This document shows positions 34,380 to 43,478 of a DNA stretch of 64,000 nt, piece after piece. The notes beneath the pieces were generated by a model. It saw only the letters and a list, made by a program, of their open reading frames with translations, was not told the origin of the DNA and did no database searches. Position 1 is the first letter of the stretch. Each line of letters starts with the position of its first letter. The translations under genes and the position numbers were made by a program. Source of the stretch: an uncultured Clostridia bacterium (GTDB lineage: Bacteria; Bacillota; Clostridia; Christensenellales; Borkfalkiaceae); the NCBI GenBank assembly GCA_934247225.1, contig CAKQJE010000009.1:15295-79294 (forward strand), written 5' to 3'.

Positions 34380-34775
34380 TCAAATAATGTATTTCAATAA
34401 CGAAATAAGGCTTCCGGTTTCCTGTTCGTTGTCCTTGATGAACCCAAGCAAATACGCGCCCGTAAGAGACAGAATGAACGCCGTGCAAAGCGCGACGCAC
34501 GTTATCGAAAGGATCAACGCCCATCTGAGCGGCTCGGATTTATGAGTGCGATATCTTTTTGCGGACATAACGAGCGCAATTACGCCGAAAACTATGCCCG
34601 AGCCGTAAAGCACCGAAAACACAAGACCCAAAAGAGCCAGAATGAGCGGCGTGCGGTTGAAACTCTTTTTCGCTTCGTATTCGCGATAAGCGGCTTTGTA
34701 AGAAGCGTCTCTCGTTATGTCGGGAGCCACCGAAACCTCGCGTTCGCTAAAATTATTCTGTTCAAAATTGTTCAT
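34380..34775 (-). CDS. Small membrane protein (DUF4190-like, 2 TM)
   Basis: Start placed at ATG 34775, 7 nt after an AAGAGG RBS. The upstream ATG at 34835 lies inside the repeated promoter sequence. Confidence 0.55.
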   Translation of the reverse strand: MNNFEQNNFSEREVSVAPDITRDASYKAAYREYEAKKSFNRTPLILALLGLVFSVLYGSGIVFGVIALVMSAKRYRTHKSEPLRWALILSITCVALCTAFILSLTGAYLLGFIKDNEQETGSLISLLKYII

Positions 34776-34790
34776 CTTTAAACCTCTTAT

Positions 34791-34856
34791 ACAGTATATC
34801 TCAAATCGGCTTTCTTTACAAGTACAGTATATCACAAATCGGCTTTCTTTACAAGC
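34791..34856 (-). promoter_or_regulatory. Tandem 33-bp duplication, each copy a near-consensus sigma-A promoter
   Basis: Units 34791-34823 and 34824-34856 differ at 2 positions. On the minus strand each reads TTGTAA, a 17-nt spacer, then TATACT. The distal copy also has a TG extended -10. Confidence 0.6.
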
Positions 34857-34943
34857 AATAAGAACATTTGTTCTTAAAAAATGTCCGTTTTTTCACAAAG
34901 CGCGCCGCGAAAACAAGCGAAAGCGTTACAAAAACAAGCACAA

Positions 34944-34970
34944 TGCGCCGCGCAAAAAATGCGCGGCGCA
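34944..34970 (-). terminator. GC-rich hairpin after the ABC exporter pair
   Basis: TGCGCCGCGCA (34944-34954) and TGCGCGGCGCA (34960-34970) form an 11-bp perfect stem with a 5-nt loop. The downstream tail is U-rich but not a clean T-run. Confidence 0.55.
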
Positions 34971-34984
34971 CCGAAATAGCCTGT

Positions 34985-36844
34985 TTACTGCATTGCATAT
35001 AAAGCGTAATATCTGCCTTTTTTTTCGAGAAGTTCCTCGTGACTGCCCTCTTCTTCTATAACGCCTTTATTGATAACGATTATTTTATCGGCGTTACGAA
35101 TCGTGGAAAGTCTGTGCGCGACGATAAGCATCGTGCCTATGTTCATCATTTTTTCGAGCGAATCCTGAATGAGAACTTCCGTTTCCGTATCGATATTCGC
35201 GGTCGCTTCGTCCAAAATCATTACCTCGGGGCGATGAATTATCGTTCTCGCAAAGGAGAGAAGCTGACGCTGCCCCGCAGAGAAATTGTTTCCTCTTTCG
35301 CGGACTTCTTCGTCAAGCCCGCCGGGGAGCTTATCGATGAACTTGTCTGCGTTCACATATCTGCACGCCTCTTTGACCTGCTCGTCCGTAAACTCTTCGT
35401 CTCTTAAAACAATATTGCTCCTGATCGTTCCCGAGAACAGGAAAACGTCTTGAAGCATCTGTCCGAAATGCTTTCTGAGCGACGATTTTTTGATATGTCT
35501 GATATTTATTCCGTCGAGAAGAATTTCGCCTTTCTGAATATCGTAATTTCTGCAAATAAGCGACAAGATCGTCGTTTTCCCCGACCCCGTGGCGCCGACG
35601 AAAGCAACGGTTTCGCCCGCGGCGACTTTAAAGGAAACGTCCTTTAAAACCCACTCGTTTTCGACATAAGAAAACCAGACGTTTTTAAACTCGATTTCGC
35701 CCTTTACGTCTTCAAGCTCGATTGCGTCTTCTTCGTCGCGAACCTCGGGAACGATATCCATTATCGTGAAGATTTTTTCCGCCGACGCAAACGCCGATTG
35801 CAGGAAATTGAACTGCTCTGCCAAGTTCTGTATCGGGTTGAAAAACTTCGAAATGTACATATAAAACGCGACGATTACGGGCGCGGTTATCTGTTGACCC
35901 AAAAACGACGAGTTTTCGAGGAAGCCTTTGGAGCCGAGATACATAAGGCAAAGCACGGACGAGACGTAAAGCATATAAACCGTGGGACGGAATATACCGA
36001 AAACGAATATTTCGGAAAGTCTCGCCTTGGCGAGCGCGGCGTTCTTTTTGTCGAACTCCTCTTTTTTGCGTTCTTCTCTGTTGAATATCTGTATGATTTT
36101 CATTCCCGAAAGATTTTCGGAAAGGAACGTGTTAACGCCCGTAGTGCCGTCCTTGATTTTTCTGTAAGACATTCTCGAAAACTTTCTGAATATCACCGTG
36201 AAAAGAACTATGAACGGCGCGAAACAAAGCACCATAAGCGTTAATTCGTAGTTTAATAAAAGCATCGCGACGACAACGCCTATTATAACGAAAATGTTTT
36301 TCGCCAGGTTTACTATCGTACCCGTGAAAAGCATCGAAATGGCGTTGGTATCGTTGGTAACCCTCGTTACGAGCGTTCCCACGGGAATTGTGTTAAGCTG
36401 CGCGTGCGAAAGGTCTTCGATATGAACGAAAATGTCTTCTCTTAAAGACGAAACTATTTTCTGCCCCGTTTTTTGAAGAATTATCGCCTGGAAGTACGCG
36501 CTTACAAGCGAAACTATAAGTATGCCCGCGTACGCCCCGACCCTTATGAACAATCCCGAAAGCTCGAATTCGCTTTGAAGAACTTTCTCTATATCCGAAA
36601 CAAGAAGCGGAGAAACAACGTCGTAGCATATTGAGAAAAGCATTAAAATCATAACGAACAAAAAGCTCTTCCAATATGGCTTAGCATACTTCAAAAGTCT
36701 ACCTATAAGTTCTTTATCGCTCATTTTTCGATCGAAACCGATAGCTTGCTTTTTATCTTTTATCGACAAGAACGCAACGAGAAAGGCTATCGATAAAACG
36801 CCTATGATCGCGCCGACTACAATAAGAGGATAATACTCACGCAT
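34985..36844 (-). CDS. ABC exporter, fused permease/ATPase (heterodimer partner 2)
   Basis: Six-TM domain plus NBD with GATGSGKTT, FSAGQRQLLSFAR and ILDEATA. Start set to ATG 36844, an 8-nt overlap with the upstream gene. Confidence 0.9.
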   Translation of the reverse strand: MREYYPLIVVGAIIGVLSIAFLVAFLSIKDKKQAIGFDRKMSDKELIGRLLKYAKPYWKSFLFVMILMLFSICYDVVSPLLVSDIEKVLQSEFELSGLFIRVGAYAGILIVSLVSAYFQAIILQKTGQKIVSSLREDIFVHIEDLSHAQLNTIPVGTLVTRVTNDTNAISMLFTGTIVNLAKNIFVIIGVVVAMLLLNYELTLMVLCFAPFIVLFTVIFRKFSRMSYRKIKDGTTGVNTFLSENLSGMKIIQIFNREERKKEEFDKKNAALAKARLSEIFVFGIFRPTVYMLYVSSVLCLMYLGSKGFLENSSFLGQQITAPVIVAFYMYISKFFNPIQNLAEQFNFLQSAFASAEKIFTIMDIVPEVRDEEDAIELEDVKGEIEFKNVWFSYVENEWVLKDVSFKVAAGETVAFVGATGSGKTTILSLICRNYDIQKGEILLDGINIRHIKKSSLRKHFGQMLQDVFLFSGTIRSNIVLRDEEFTDEQVKEACRYVNADKFIDKLPGGLDEEVRERGNNFSAGQRQLLSFARTIIHRPEVMILDEATANIDTETEVLIQDSLEKMMNIGTMLIVAHRLSTIRNADKIIVINKGVIEEEGSHEELLEKKGRYYALYAMQ

Positions 36845-38627
36845 TTTCGTTACCCTCCTTTCTCTTTTCGTCTTCGATACGTTGAAGCTCAACCGTTTTT
36901 CTGTATTCTTCGCACGTTTCCATAAGTTCCGCGTGCGTGCCTACGGCGGCTATTTTTCCGTCTTCGAGATAAATTATTTTATCCATTCCTCTCACGGTCG
37001 AAATTCTGTGAGCGATAAGAATCGTCGTTTTTCCCTTTCTCGTTTCGTAAAGATTATCGAGAATGGCTTTTTCGGTTTCAGTATCGACCGCCGAAACAGA
37101 GTCGTCGAGAATAAGCACGGGGGCGTTTTTCATCATTGCCCTCGCAATGGAAATTCTCTGTTTCTGTCCGCCCGAAACGGTTACGCCCCTTTCGCCGAGC
37201 ATCGTTTTATAACCGTCGCGGAATTCGACGATATTAGAGTCCACGTTGGCGAGTATCGCCGAGTTTTTAACGGCTTCGTCGCTGAATTCGTCCGAAGCGA
37301 ACGCGATATTGTTCTCGATCGTGTCGCTGAACAGGAAATTGTCCTGCGGGACGTAAGCCGCATTCTTTCTGACAGACTCTATCGTAACGGAATTCACGTC
37401 TTTTCCGTCGATAAACACCGTGCCGTCGGGAACGTTATACGTCCTTAAAATAAGATCGGCAACCGTGGTTTTTCCCGAACCCGTTCTGCCCGCAAGCCCG
37501 ACGTTTTCGCCCGCATTGATTTTGAACGAAACGTTTTCGAGTACGTCGACTTCGGTCTCGGGATATCTGAAAGTAAGATTTTTAAACTCGATTTCACCTT
37601 TAACTTCGCCGATATCTTCCGCGCCTTCCCTGTCCTTAACGTCCTGCGAAGCGGAAAGAAGCTCGTCTATTCTCTTTAAAGAAGCCTGACCTCTCGATTT
37701 CATTCCGATAAGTTCGGAAATTGCCATTATCGGCCAGACGATCGCGTTGAAATAACCGATAAACTCCATAAGTTCGCCCACTTTAAACTTGCCCGTGTAT
37801 ACGAGATAGCCGCCGTAACCGAGGATTATGCATATAACCGACTCCACGAAAAGGGTTATCGCGATATTTAAAAGCGTGGAAAACTTTACAAAATCGACGT
37901 TCACGTTTTCGTTGTATTTATTGAGTTTTTTAAACGCCGCAAGTTCTTTTGCTTCCTTTACGAACGCTTTTATAACCGCAATGCCCGAGAAATTTTCCTG
38001 CGCGAAGTCCGAAAGCTTCGAATACGCTTCCTGCCTTATTTCCCATTTCTGCTCCATATATTTTCCCACGATCATCGCCGCGAAAAACATACATACGAGC
38101 GGAATTGCCGAAAAAAGTGCGAGAATCGGCTTTAAAACGATCATTTTGTAAAGCGACATTCCGCCGAGAAAAAGCGCGTCGCACAGCATCATAACGCCCC
38201 ACCCGAAACAGTCCTGAACGGTTTCGAGATCGTTCGTGAAAAGCGACATCAAATTTCCGACTTTATTTTTCTGGTAATAGCTCGCCGAAAGGATTTCGCA
38301 ACGGGCGAACATTTTAGACCTTAAATCCTCTTCTACCTTAGCCGCCGCGCCGAAGAAACAAATTCGCCATAAAAATCTGCCCGTTACGAGAACGAGAATG
38401 ACTATTATGAGCGGCAGACAGATTTTATCGAGGACGAAATTCATATCGAACGGTACGTTCACGCCGTCTATGACGTTAAATCCTTCCGCCATACCGTTGA
38501 TAACGTATTTATATAATTCGGGAATGATAAGCTGAGCGTAGTCGACCGCGACGAGCGCGAAAAGACCGAACAGCAATATGTACCCGTACTTTATATAATA
38601 CTTGTTAATATTTTTTCCGAATATCAT
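36837..38627 (-). CDS. ABC exporter, fused permease/ATPase (heterodimer partner 1)
   Basis: GRTGSGKTT, VSGGQKQRISIAR and ILDDSVSAVD motifs. Confidence 0.9.
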   Translation of the reverse strand: MIFGKNINKYYIKYGYILLFGLFALVAVDYAQLIIPELYKYVINGMAEGFNVIDGVNVPFDMNFVLDKICLPLIIVILVLVTGRFLWRICFFGAAAKVEEDLRSKMFARCEILSASYYQKNKVGNLMSLFTNDLETVQDCFGWGVMMLCDALFLGGMSLYKMIVLKPILALFSAIPLVCMFFAAMIVGKYMEQKWEIRQEAYSKLSDFAQENFSGIAVIKAFVKEAKELAAFKKLNKYNENVNVDFVKFSTLLNIAITLFVESVICIILGYGGYLVYTGKFKVGELMEFIGYFNAIVWPIMAISELIGMKSRGQASLKRIDELLSASQDVKDREGAEDIGEVKGEIEFKNLTFRYPETEVDVLENVSFKINAGENVGLAGRTGSGKTTVADLILRTYNVPDGTVFIDGKDVNSVTIESVRKNAAYVPQDNFLFSDTIENNIAFASDEFSDEAVKNSAILANVDSNIVEFRDGYKTMLGERGVTVSGGQKQRISIARAMMKNAPVLILDDSVSAVDTETEKAILDNLYETRKGKTTILIAHRISTVRGMDKIIYLEDGKIAAVGTHAELMETCEEYRKTVELQRIEDEKRKEGNENA

Positions 38628-38732
38628 AAAACACCTGCTTTTGTAGTGATAAGTTTAACATAAACAGCCTTTTTGTAAAAGCTTTTTATCTTTGATTTTG
38701 TATTGTATTTATTTATACCATCTATAATATAT

Positions 38733-40061
38733 TTAATAGTTATACCTTTTTCGCATGAAAATCAGGAACAACACCGAAGTTATGAACGCTAACAGCTCGG
38801 TCGCGAGAGACGCGAACCATATTCCCTCTTTTCCGAGCAGAACGGGAATAAGAAATACGCACGTCGCCTGAAATACGAGAGATCTCAAAAACGACAGAAT
38901 TGCCGAAACGAGTCCGTTGTTGAGCGCGGTGAAAAAGCTCGAAGAGAAAATGTTTATTCCCGAGAAAAGGAACGCGAACGAGAAAAGCCTGAACGCATAC
39001 ACCGTCAGATCGTAAAGTTCCTTGTTGTGTCTTACGAATATGTACGACAACGGTACGCTCAGTCCTTCCGCAAGCCCCGTTAAGAATATTCCGCAAACGG
39101 ACATCGTTATTACGCTCTTTTTAAATACGTTTCTCAGTTCGCTTACGTTCTGCGCGCCGTAATTATAAGCGATTATCGGCGCGGTGCCTATCGAATAACC
39201 TATTTCTATGGCGAGGAAAACGAGCTGAACATACATTAAAACGCCGTATGCCGAAACGCCCTGTTCGCCGTAAAATTTCATAAGCTGAGCGTTATAGAGC
39301 ATGCTCACGATAGACGACGAAACGTTGGATAAAAGCTCCGAAGAACCGTTCGCGCAAGCTTTTATTATCGGCGAAAATTCGAGCTTCGTTATTTTAAATC
39401 TGAGCTTGCTGTCGTTCGGACGGCAGAAATAAACAAACGGCACAACAGCGCCGACAACCTGTCCGAGACCCGTCGCGATCGCCGCGCCCGCAAGCCTCCA
39501 TTTGAAACCGACGATAAAAAGCGCGTCCAAAAGCGCGTTCGTTACGCCCGCGATAATCGTGACCACAAGCCCCATACGCGGTTTTTCCGCAGCCGAAAGA
39601 AAGCTTTGGAAAATGTTCTGTATCATAAAAAACGTAGTGAAAGAAATGACTATCGTTCCGTAAAGAACGCAATGCTCGGTCATCGCTTCCGTCGCTTTTA
39701 AAAGACTGCAAATGGGTCTTATAAGCAGAATTCCCGAAACGGTTAAAATCACGCCGAGGATTATCGCGAACAAAATCATCATCGAAAAAAGTTCGTTCGC
39801 TCTTTTTTCGTCGCCCTCGCCGAGAGTTTTGGATACGAGCGCCGTTCCGCCCGTTCCTATCATAAATCCCGTTCCGCCGAGAATCATTATGAAAGGATAA
39901 ATGAAATTTATCGCCGCAAACTCCGTTTCGCCGACGTAGTTAGATATAAAGTACCCGTCGATAACGCCGTAAATCGACGTTATTATCATCATAAAAATCG
40001 CAGGTAAAACAAATCTGAATATTTTTTTGTAAGTAAAATGCTCCGAAAGTTGTATCTTCAT
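38733..40061 (-). CDS. MATE family efflux transporter
   Basis: 442 aa with 12 predicted TM helices and a MATE-like N-terminus (FRFVLPAIFMMIITSIYGVIDGYFISNYVG). Confidence 0.85.
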   Translation of the reverse strand: MKIQLSEHFTYKKIFRFVLPAIFMMIITSIYGVIDGYFISNYVGETEFAAINFIYPFIMILGGTGFMIGTGGTALVSKTLGEGDEKRANELFSMMILFAIILGVILTVSGILLIRPICSLLKATEAMTEHCVLYGTIVISFTTFFMIQNIFQSFLSAAEKPRMGLVVTIIAGVTNALLDALFIVGFKWRLAGAAIATGLGQVVGAVVPFVYFCRPNDSKLRFKITKLEFSPIIKACANGSSELLSNVSSSIVSMLYNAQLMKFYGEQGVSAYGVLMYVQLVFLAIEIGYSIGTAPIIAYNYGAQNVSELRNVFKKSVITMSVCGIFLTGLAEGLSVPLSYIFVRHNKELYDLTVYAFRLFSFAFLFSGINIFSSSFFTALNNGLVSAILSFLRSLVFQATCVFLIPVLLGKEGIWFASLATELLAFITSVLFLIFMRKRYNY

Positions 40062-40077
40062 GGTTTTATCCGTGTAA

Positions 40078-40129
40078 GCCGCCGAAACATTTTTATCGCC
40101 CTGTCGAACGATAAAAATGTTTCGGCGGC
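40078..40129. repeat. Perfect 21-bp inverted repeat with 10-nt spacer
   Basis: GCCGCCGAAACATTTTTATCG (40078-40098) is the exact reverse complement of 40109-40129. It lies 17 nt upstream of the MATE start codon. Confidence 0.9.
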
Positions 40130-40195
40130 AGATTTTAGTACAATTTTTAAGATATTACGAGCCTCCCCGAAAAAAAGGAAGGCTCGTAAGCGATA

Positions 40196-40417
40196 TTAAA
40201 GAGATTCGAGATAAGAGACGATGTCGCCCACCGTTTCGAAGCCGGCAAGCTTTTCGTCCGGAATGGTTATTCCGCTTTCTTCTTCGAGCGTCATTAAAAG
40301 TTGAAGAATATCTATCGAATCTGCGCCAAGATCTCCTTTTATCGTTGCCTCCGGGGTTACCAGACTTTCGTCGACGTTAAGCTCGTCGACAAGTATTTTC
40401 TTTACTTTTTCAAACAT
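40196..40417 (-). CDS. acpP: Acyl carrier protein
   Basis: 73 aa with the LGADSIDILQLLMTLEE phosphopantetheine-Ser motif; downstream of plsX. Confidence 0.93.
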   Translation of the reverse strand: MFEKVKKILVDELNVDESLVTPEATIKGDLGADSIDILQLLMTLEEESGITIPDEKLAGFETVGDIVSYLESL

Positions 40418-40489
40418 TTTGTCTCCTTTTTTCGCCTGGTCGGCGACTATATATAATTGTTTTTCCGCAAATTGTCCGTCTGTAAAAAA

Positions 40490-41455
40490 TTAACGGACGG
40501 CGGTTTTGTAAGCTTGTTCGATACATTTATATACGGCGACTCCGTTACTCGATCCGTGACCTTTGACGACTACTTTTTCAAGCCCCAAAAGCACGCTTCC
40601 GCCGTAATTTCTGTAATCCATAAATTTTTTCTCTTTCTTAAACGTTCCGAGCATAAAAAGAGCGCCGATTTTACTCCAAAAAGACGATTTTATATCGTTT
40701 TTCAACCTTTTAAGCATTTCAAGACACGCGCCCTCCGTACTTTTAATGAGAACGTTTCCCGAAAATCCGTCGCAAACGACGAGATCGTATTTTCCGGAAA
40801 GCAAATCTCTGCTTTCCATATTTCCGACGAAATTCACTTTTTGTTCTTCTATCAGAAGTTTATACGCTTCGCGGCGAAGATCGTCGCCTTTTTCCTCTTC
40901 CGTTCCGACGTTTAAAAGCGCGACTTTCGGATTTTCTATTCCGTACGCTTTTTTGAGATAATCGCTGCCCATAACGGCGTACTGACTGAGCTGCTCGGGA
41001 GTGGTTTCTATATTCGCCCCGCTGTCGCATACGCCGACGATTTTACCGTTCATTGTCGGTAAAATCGGACAAAACGCAGGTCTTCTTACACCTTCCGAGC
41101 GACCTATTCTCAAAATAGCCGATCCGACGAGAACGCCCGTCGCCCCGCACGAAACGAGAGCTTTTATCTCTTCGTTTTCTCTTAAATCCTTTATGGCGCG
41201 GATCATCGACGAGTCCTTTTTCAGCCTTACGGCGTTTATGGGTTTGTCGTTTCCGTCAACCGCGTCGGGCGCGTTTACTATCTCTACTCTGTCCTCAGGA
41301 TAATCTTTACCTCTAAGCTCGGCGTTTATCGAATTTTCGTCTCCGTACAAAACGACGGACAGATCGGAAAATTCTTTAAGAGCGATGAGCGCGCCCTCTA
41401 CGTTAGCCGACGGACTGTGATCTCCGCCGAGACAATCGACAGCTATTTTTATCAC
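40490..41455 (-). CDS. plsX: Phosphate acyltransferase
   Basis: IAVDCLGGDHSP N-terminus, 321 aa. Confidence 0.93.
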   Translation of the reverse strand: MIKIAVDCLGGDHSPSANVEGALIALKEFSDLSVVLYGDENSINAELRGKDYPEDRVEIVNAPDAVDGNDKPINAVRLKKDSSMIRAIKDLRENEEIKALVSCGATGVLVGSAILRIGRSEGVRRPAFCPILPTMNGKIVGVCDSGANIETTPEQLSQYAVMGSDYLKKAYGIENPKVALLNVGTEEEKGDDLRREAYKLLIEEQKVNFVGNMESRDLLSGKYDLVVCDGFSGNVLIKSTEGACLEMLKRLKNDIKSSFWSKIGALFMLGTFKKEKKFMDYRNYGGSVLLGLEKVVVKGHGSSNGVAVYKCIEQAYKTAVR

Positions 41456-41456
41456 T

Positions 41457-42584
41457 TTAATTCTCCAAAACTTTTACATACGAACGGCGGCGTTTGTGCT
41501 GCTTTGCGTTAAATCTCTTCCACAAATTCTGAATAGCGAAATTATCTTCGAGATTGAGATTCGTTTCCGCATATTTAACCCCGTCCTGTTTTAAAATATC
41601 GACAAGTCCCGCGGCTATTATCGCGGTTATTCCGCAATTTATGTAATCCGGGCGGACGGCTATAAGTCCGAGATCGATTATTTCGGGTTTTTTGATCGCT
41701 TTAAGCACTCTTATAAGCCCCGCAGGCGTAAGTTTCCCCTGCGACTTTTGCAACGCTTTTGCAAGCGACGGAAAACAAAGACCGAGACAGACAGGCTCGT
41801 TTTTGTCGTTAAGAACGACCGTTACGTGCCGTATATCGATAATGAGACGGAAATTATCCATCATAAGTTTTTTCATTCCGTCGGTAAACGGAACCGTTCC
41901 GTAAATCTTCTCGTAACCTACGTCGAGAAGCTCGAAAAACGCGTCGGCATACTTATCGAGAAATTCCGCGGTGGACTTACATTTCGGTAAATGAAGATTG
42001 TATCTTTTCATTACGAAATCGGACATCTTTTTTATATTTGCGATTTCATCTTCGTCGGGAAGATAGACTTTCGATTCGACCCAATCCACCTCTTTTTTAT
42101 ACCCGCAAGCCTCGATAAGCGCTCCGTAATACTCGGCGTTATACTGCTCTTCGAAGGTGGAAAGCTCGTCGAAGCCTTCTACCAGAAGTCCTTCTCTTTC
42201 GAGATCGGAAAACCCGAGCGGACCGCAAACCGTGTCCATTCCCTTTTCCAGAGCATAATCCTCCACGGCTTTGAAAAGCGATTTTGCGGCTTCTTCGTCG
42301 TTTTCGCAATCGAATCTCGTGAACCTTACTCTTTTTTCGTTATGCTTTTCGTTGGAAGCTTTCTGCAGAATCGCGGATATCCTGCCGACGGTCACGCCGT
42401 TTCTTTTCGCAAGAAAATACGCCGTTTCGCACGTGTCGTTATAAACGAAATCATCGTTGAAAATCGCCTTTTCGTCACGATACAAAGGCGGAACGAAATT
42501 AGGATTTTTCTTATACATTCTGAGCGGAAAATTGAGAAATTCTTTTCTGTCCGCTCCTGTTTCGACTTTTTTTATTTCTATCAT
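41457..42584 (-). CDS. Conserved hypothetical, possibly GNAT-fold acyltransferase
   Basis: 375 aa. The N-terminal FLNFPLRMYKKNPNFVPPL segment resembles an uncharacterised N-acetyltransferase-like family. This is memory of a family resemblance only. Confidence 0.4.
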   Translation of the reverse strand: MIEIKKVETGADRKEFLNFPLRMYKKNPNFVPPLYRDEKAIFNDDFVYNDTCETAYFLAKRNGVTVGRISAILQKASNEKHNEKRVRFTRFDCENDEEAAKSLFKAVEDYALEKGMDTVCGPLGFSDLEREGLLVEGFDELSTFEEQYNAEYYGALIEACGYKKEVDWVESKVYLPDEDEIANIKKMSDFVMKRYNLHLPKCKSTAEFLDKYADAFFELLDVGYEKIYGTVPFTDGMKKLMMDNFRLIIDIRHVTVVLNDKNEPVCLGLCFPSLAKALQKSQGKLTPAGLIRVLKAIKKPEIIDLGLIAVRPDYINCGITAIIAAGLVDILKQDGVKYAETNLNLEDNFAIQNLWKRFNAKQHKRRRSYVKVLEN

Positions 42585-42596
42585 AAAATATTCATA

Positions 42597-43466
42597 TTAA
42601 CGGTGTTTTGCGTGAAACGAAACGCCCACTCCGTTGGGCCCGCAATGCGCTCCCGAAGTCGGATTAGTCGTAATTATTTCTATCGCGGTGTCCGCACCGT
42701 ATTTTTCCTTTAATCTTTCGGCTATCTCGTCAGCTATATCGGGCGCGTCGGTATGACCGATTATTATCGAATGGTCTTTGACGTTGTCTCCGAGTTCGTC
42801 GACGTAAGAAAGAAGCCTTTTTATAGCCTTCGCCTTTCCCGTTTCTTTGCCGATACTTACCATTTTGCCTTCGTCGTTCATATAAATTATCGGACGAATT
42901 CCGAGCAGCGTTCCCATTGTCGCCGAAAAGCCGCTCACTCTTCCGCTTCTGCGGAAAAATTTAAGGTCGTTTGCAAAGAAGTACTGCGCGAAATGCAAAA
43001 CTTCTTTATCCGCCCAGGCGATTATTTCTTCGGGCGACGCGCCTTTTACGTACATTTCGCCGATTTCTTTGGCTATATTGTAGCTTACGATGGTTATACC
43101 TTTCGTATCTACCGCATAAAACTTCCTTTCGGGAAACTCTTCTTTGAGTTCTTTCAAAGCTTCGTCCATCGCGTCGAACGTTCCGGACATCGCTCTCGAA
43201 AAATGAACGTATAAAATATCGTTGCCCTTTTCGAACTCGGGACGGAAATAATTTTTATATTTTTCCGCCGAAACCGCGCTCGTCGTGGGAAGGACTCCGC
43301 CGCGAAGTTTATCGTAAAACGATTTCATATCGAACGTTTCGCTGTCCTCGTACGGGAAATAAGTGGTTCCGTCGATCGAAAACGGCATACTGATAAGTTT
43401 ATATCCGTATTTCTTCGCCTCTGCGGGCGTAAAATCGCAATCGCTGTCTGTAAAAATCGTGTACAT
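42597..43466 (-). CDS. DegV family fatty-acid-binding protein
   Basis: IFTDSDCDFTP N-terminus and C-terminal NPTSGAHCGPNGVGV. Confidence 0.9.
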   Translation of the reverse strand: MYTIFTDSDCDFTPAEAKKYGYKLISMPFSIDGTTYFPYEDSETFDMKSFYDKLRGGVLPTTSAVSAEKYKNYFRPEFEKGNDILYVHFSRAMSGTFDAMDEALKELKEEFPERKFYAVDTKGITIVSYNIAKEIGEMYVKGASPEEIIAWADKEVLHFAQYFFANDLKFFRRSGRVSGFSATMGTLLGIRPIIYMNDEGKMVSIGKETGKAKAIKRLLSYVDELGDNVKDHSIIIGHTDAPDIADEIAERLKEKYGADTAIEIITTNPTSGAHCGPNGVGVSFHAKHR

Positions 43467-43478
43467 CTTTTCTCCTTA

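Noticed and set aside
34776-34835. Longer start (ATG 34835) for the DUF4190-like gene
   Set aside because: The extra 20 codons (MIYCTCKESRFEIYCIRGLK) are simply the translated tandem promoter repeat. The internal ATG 34775 has a proper RBS.
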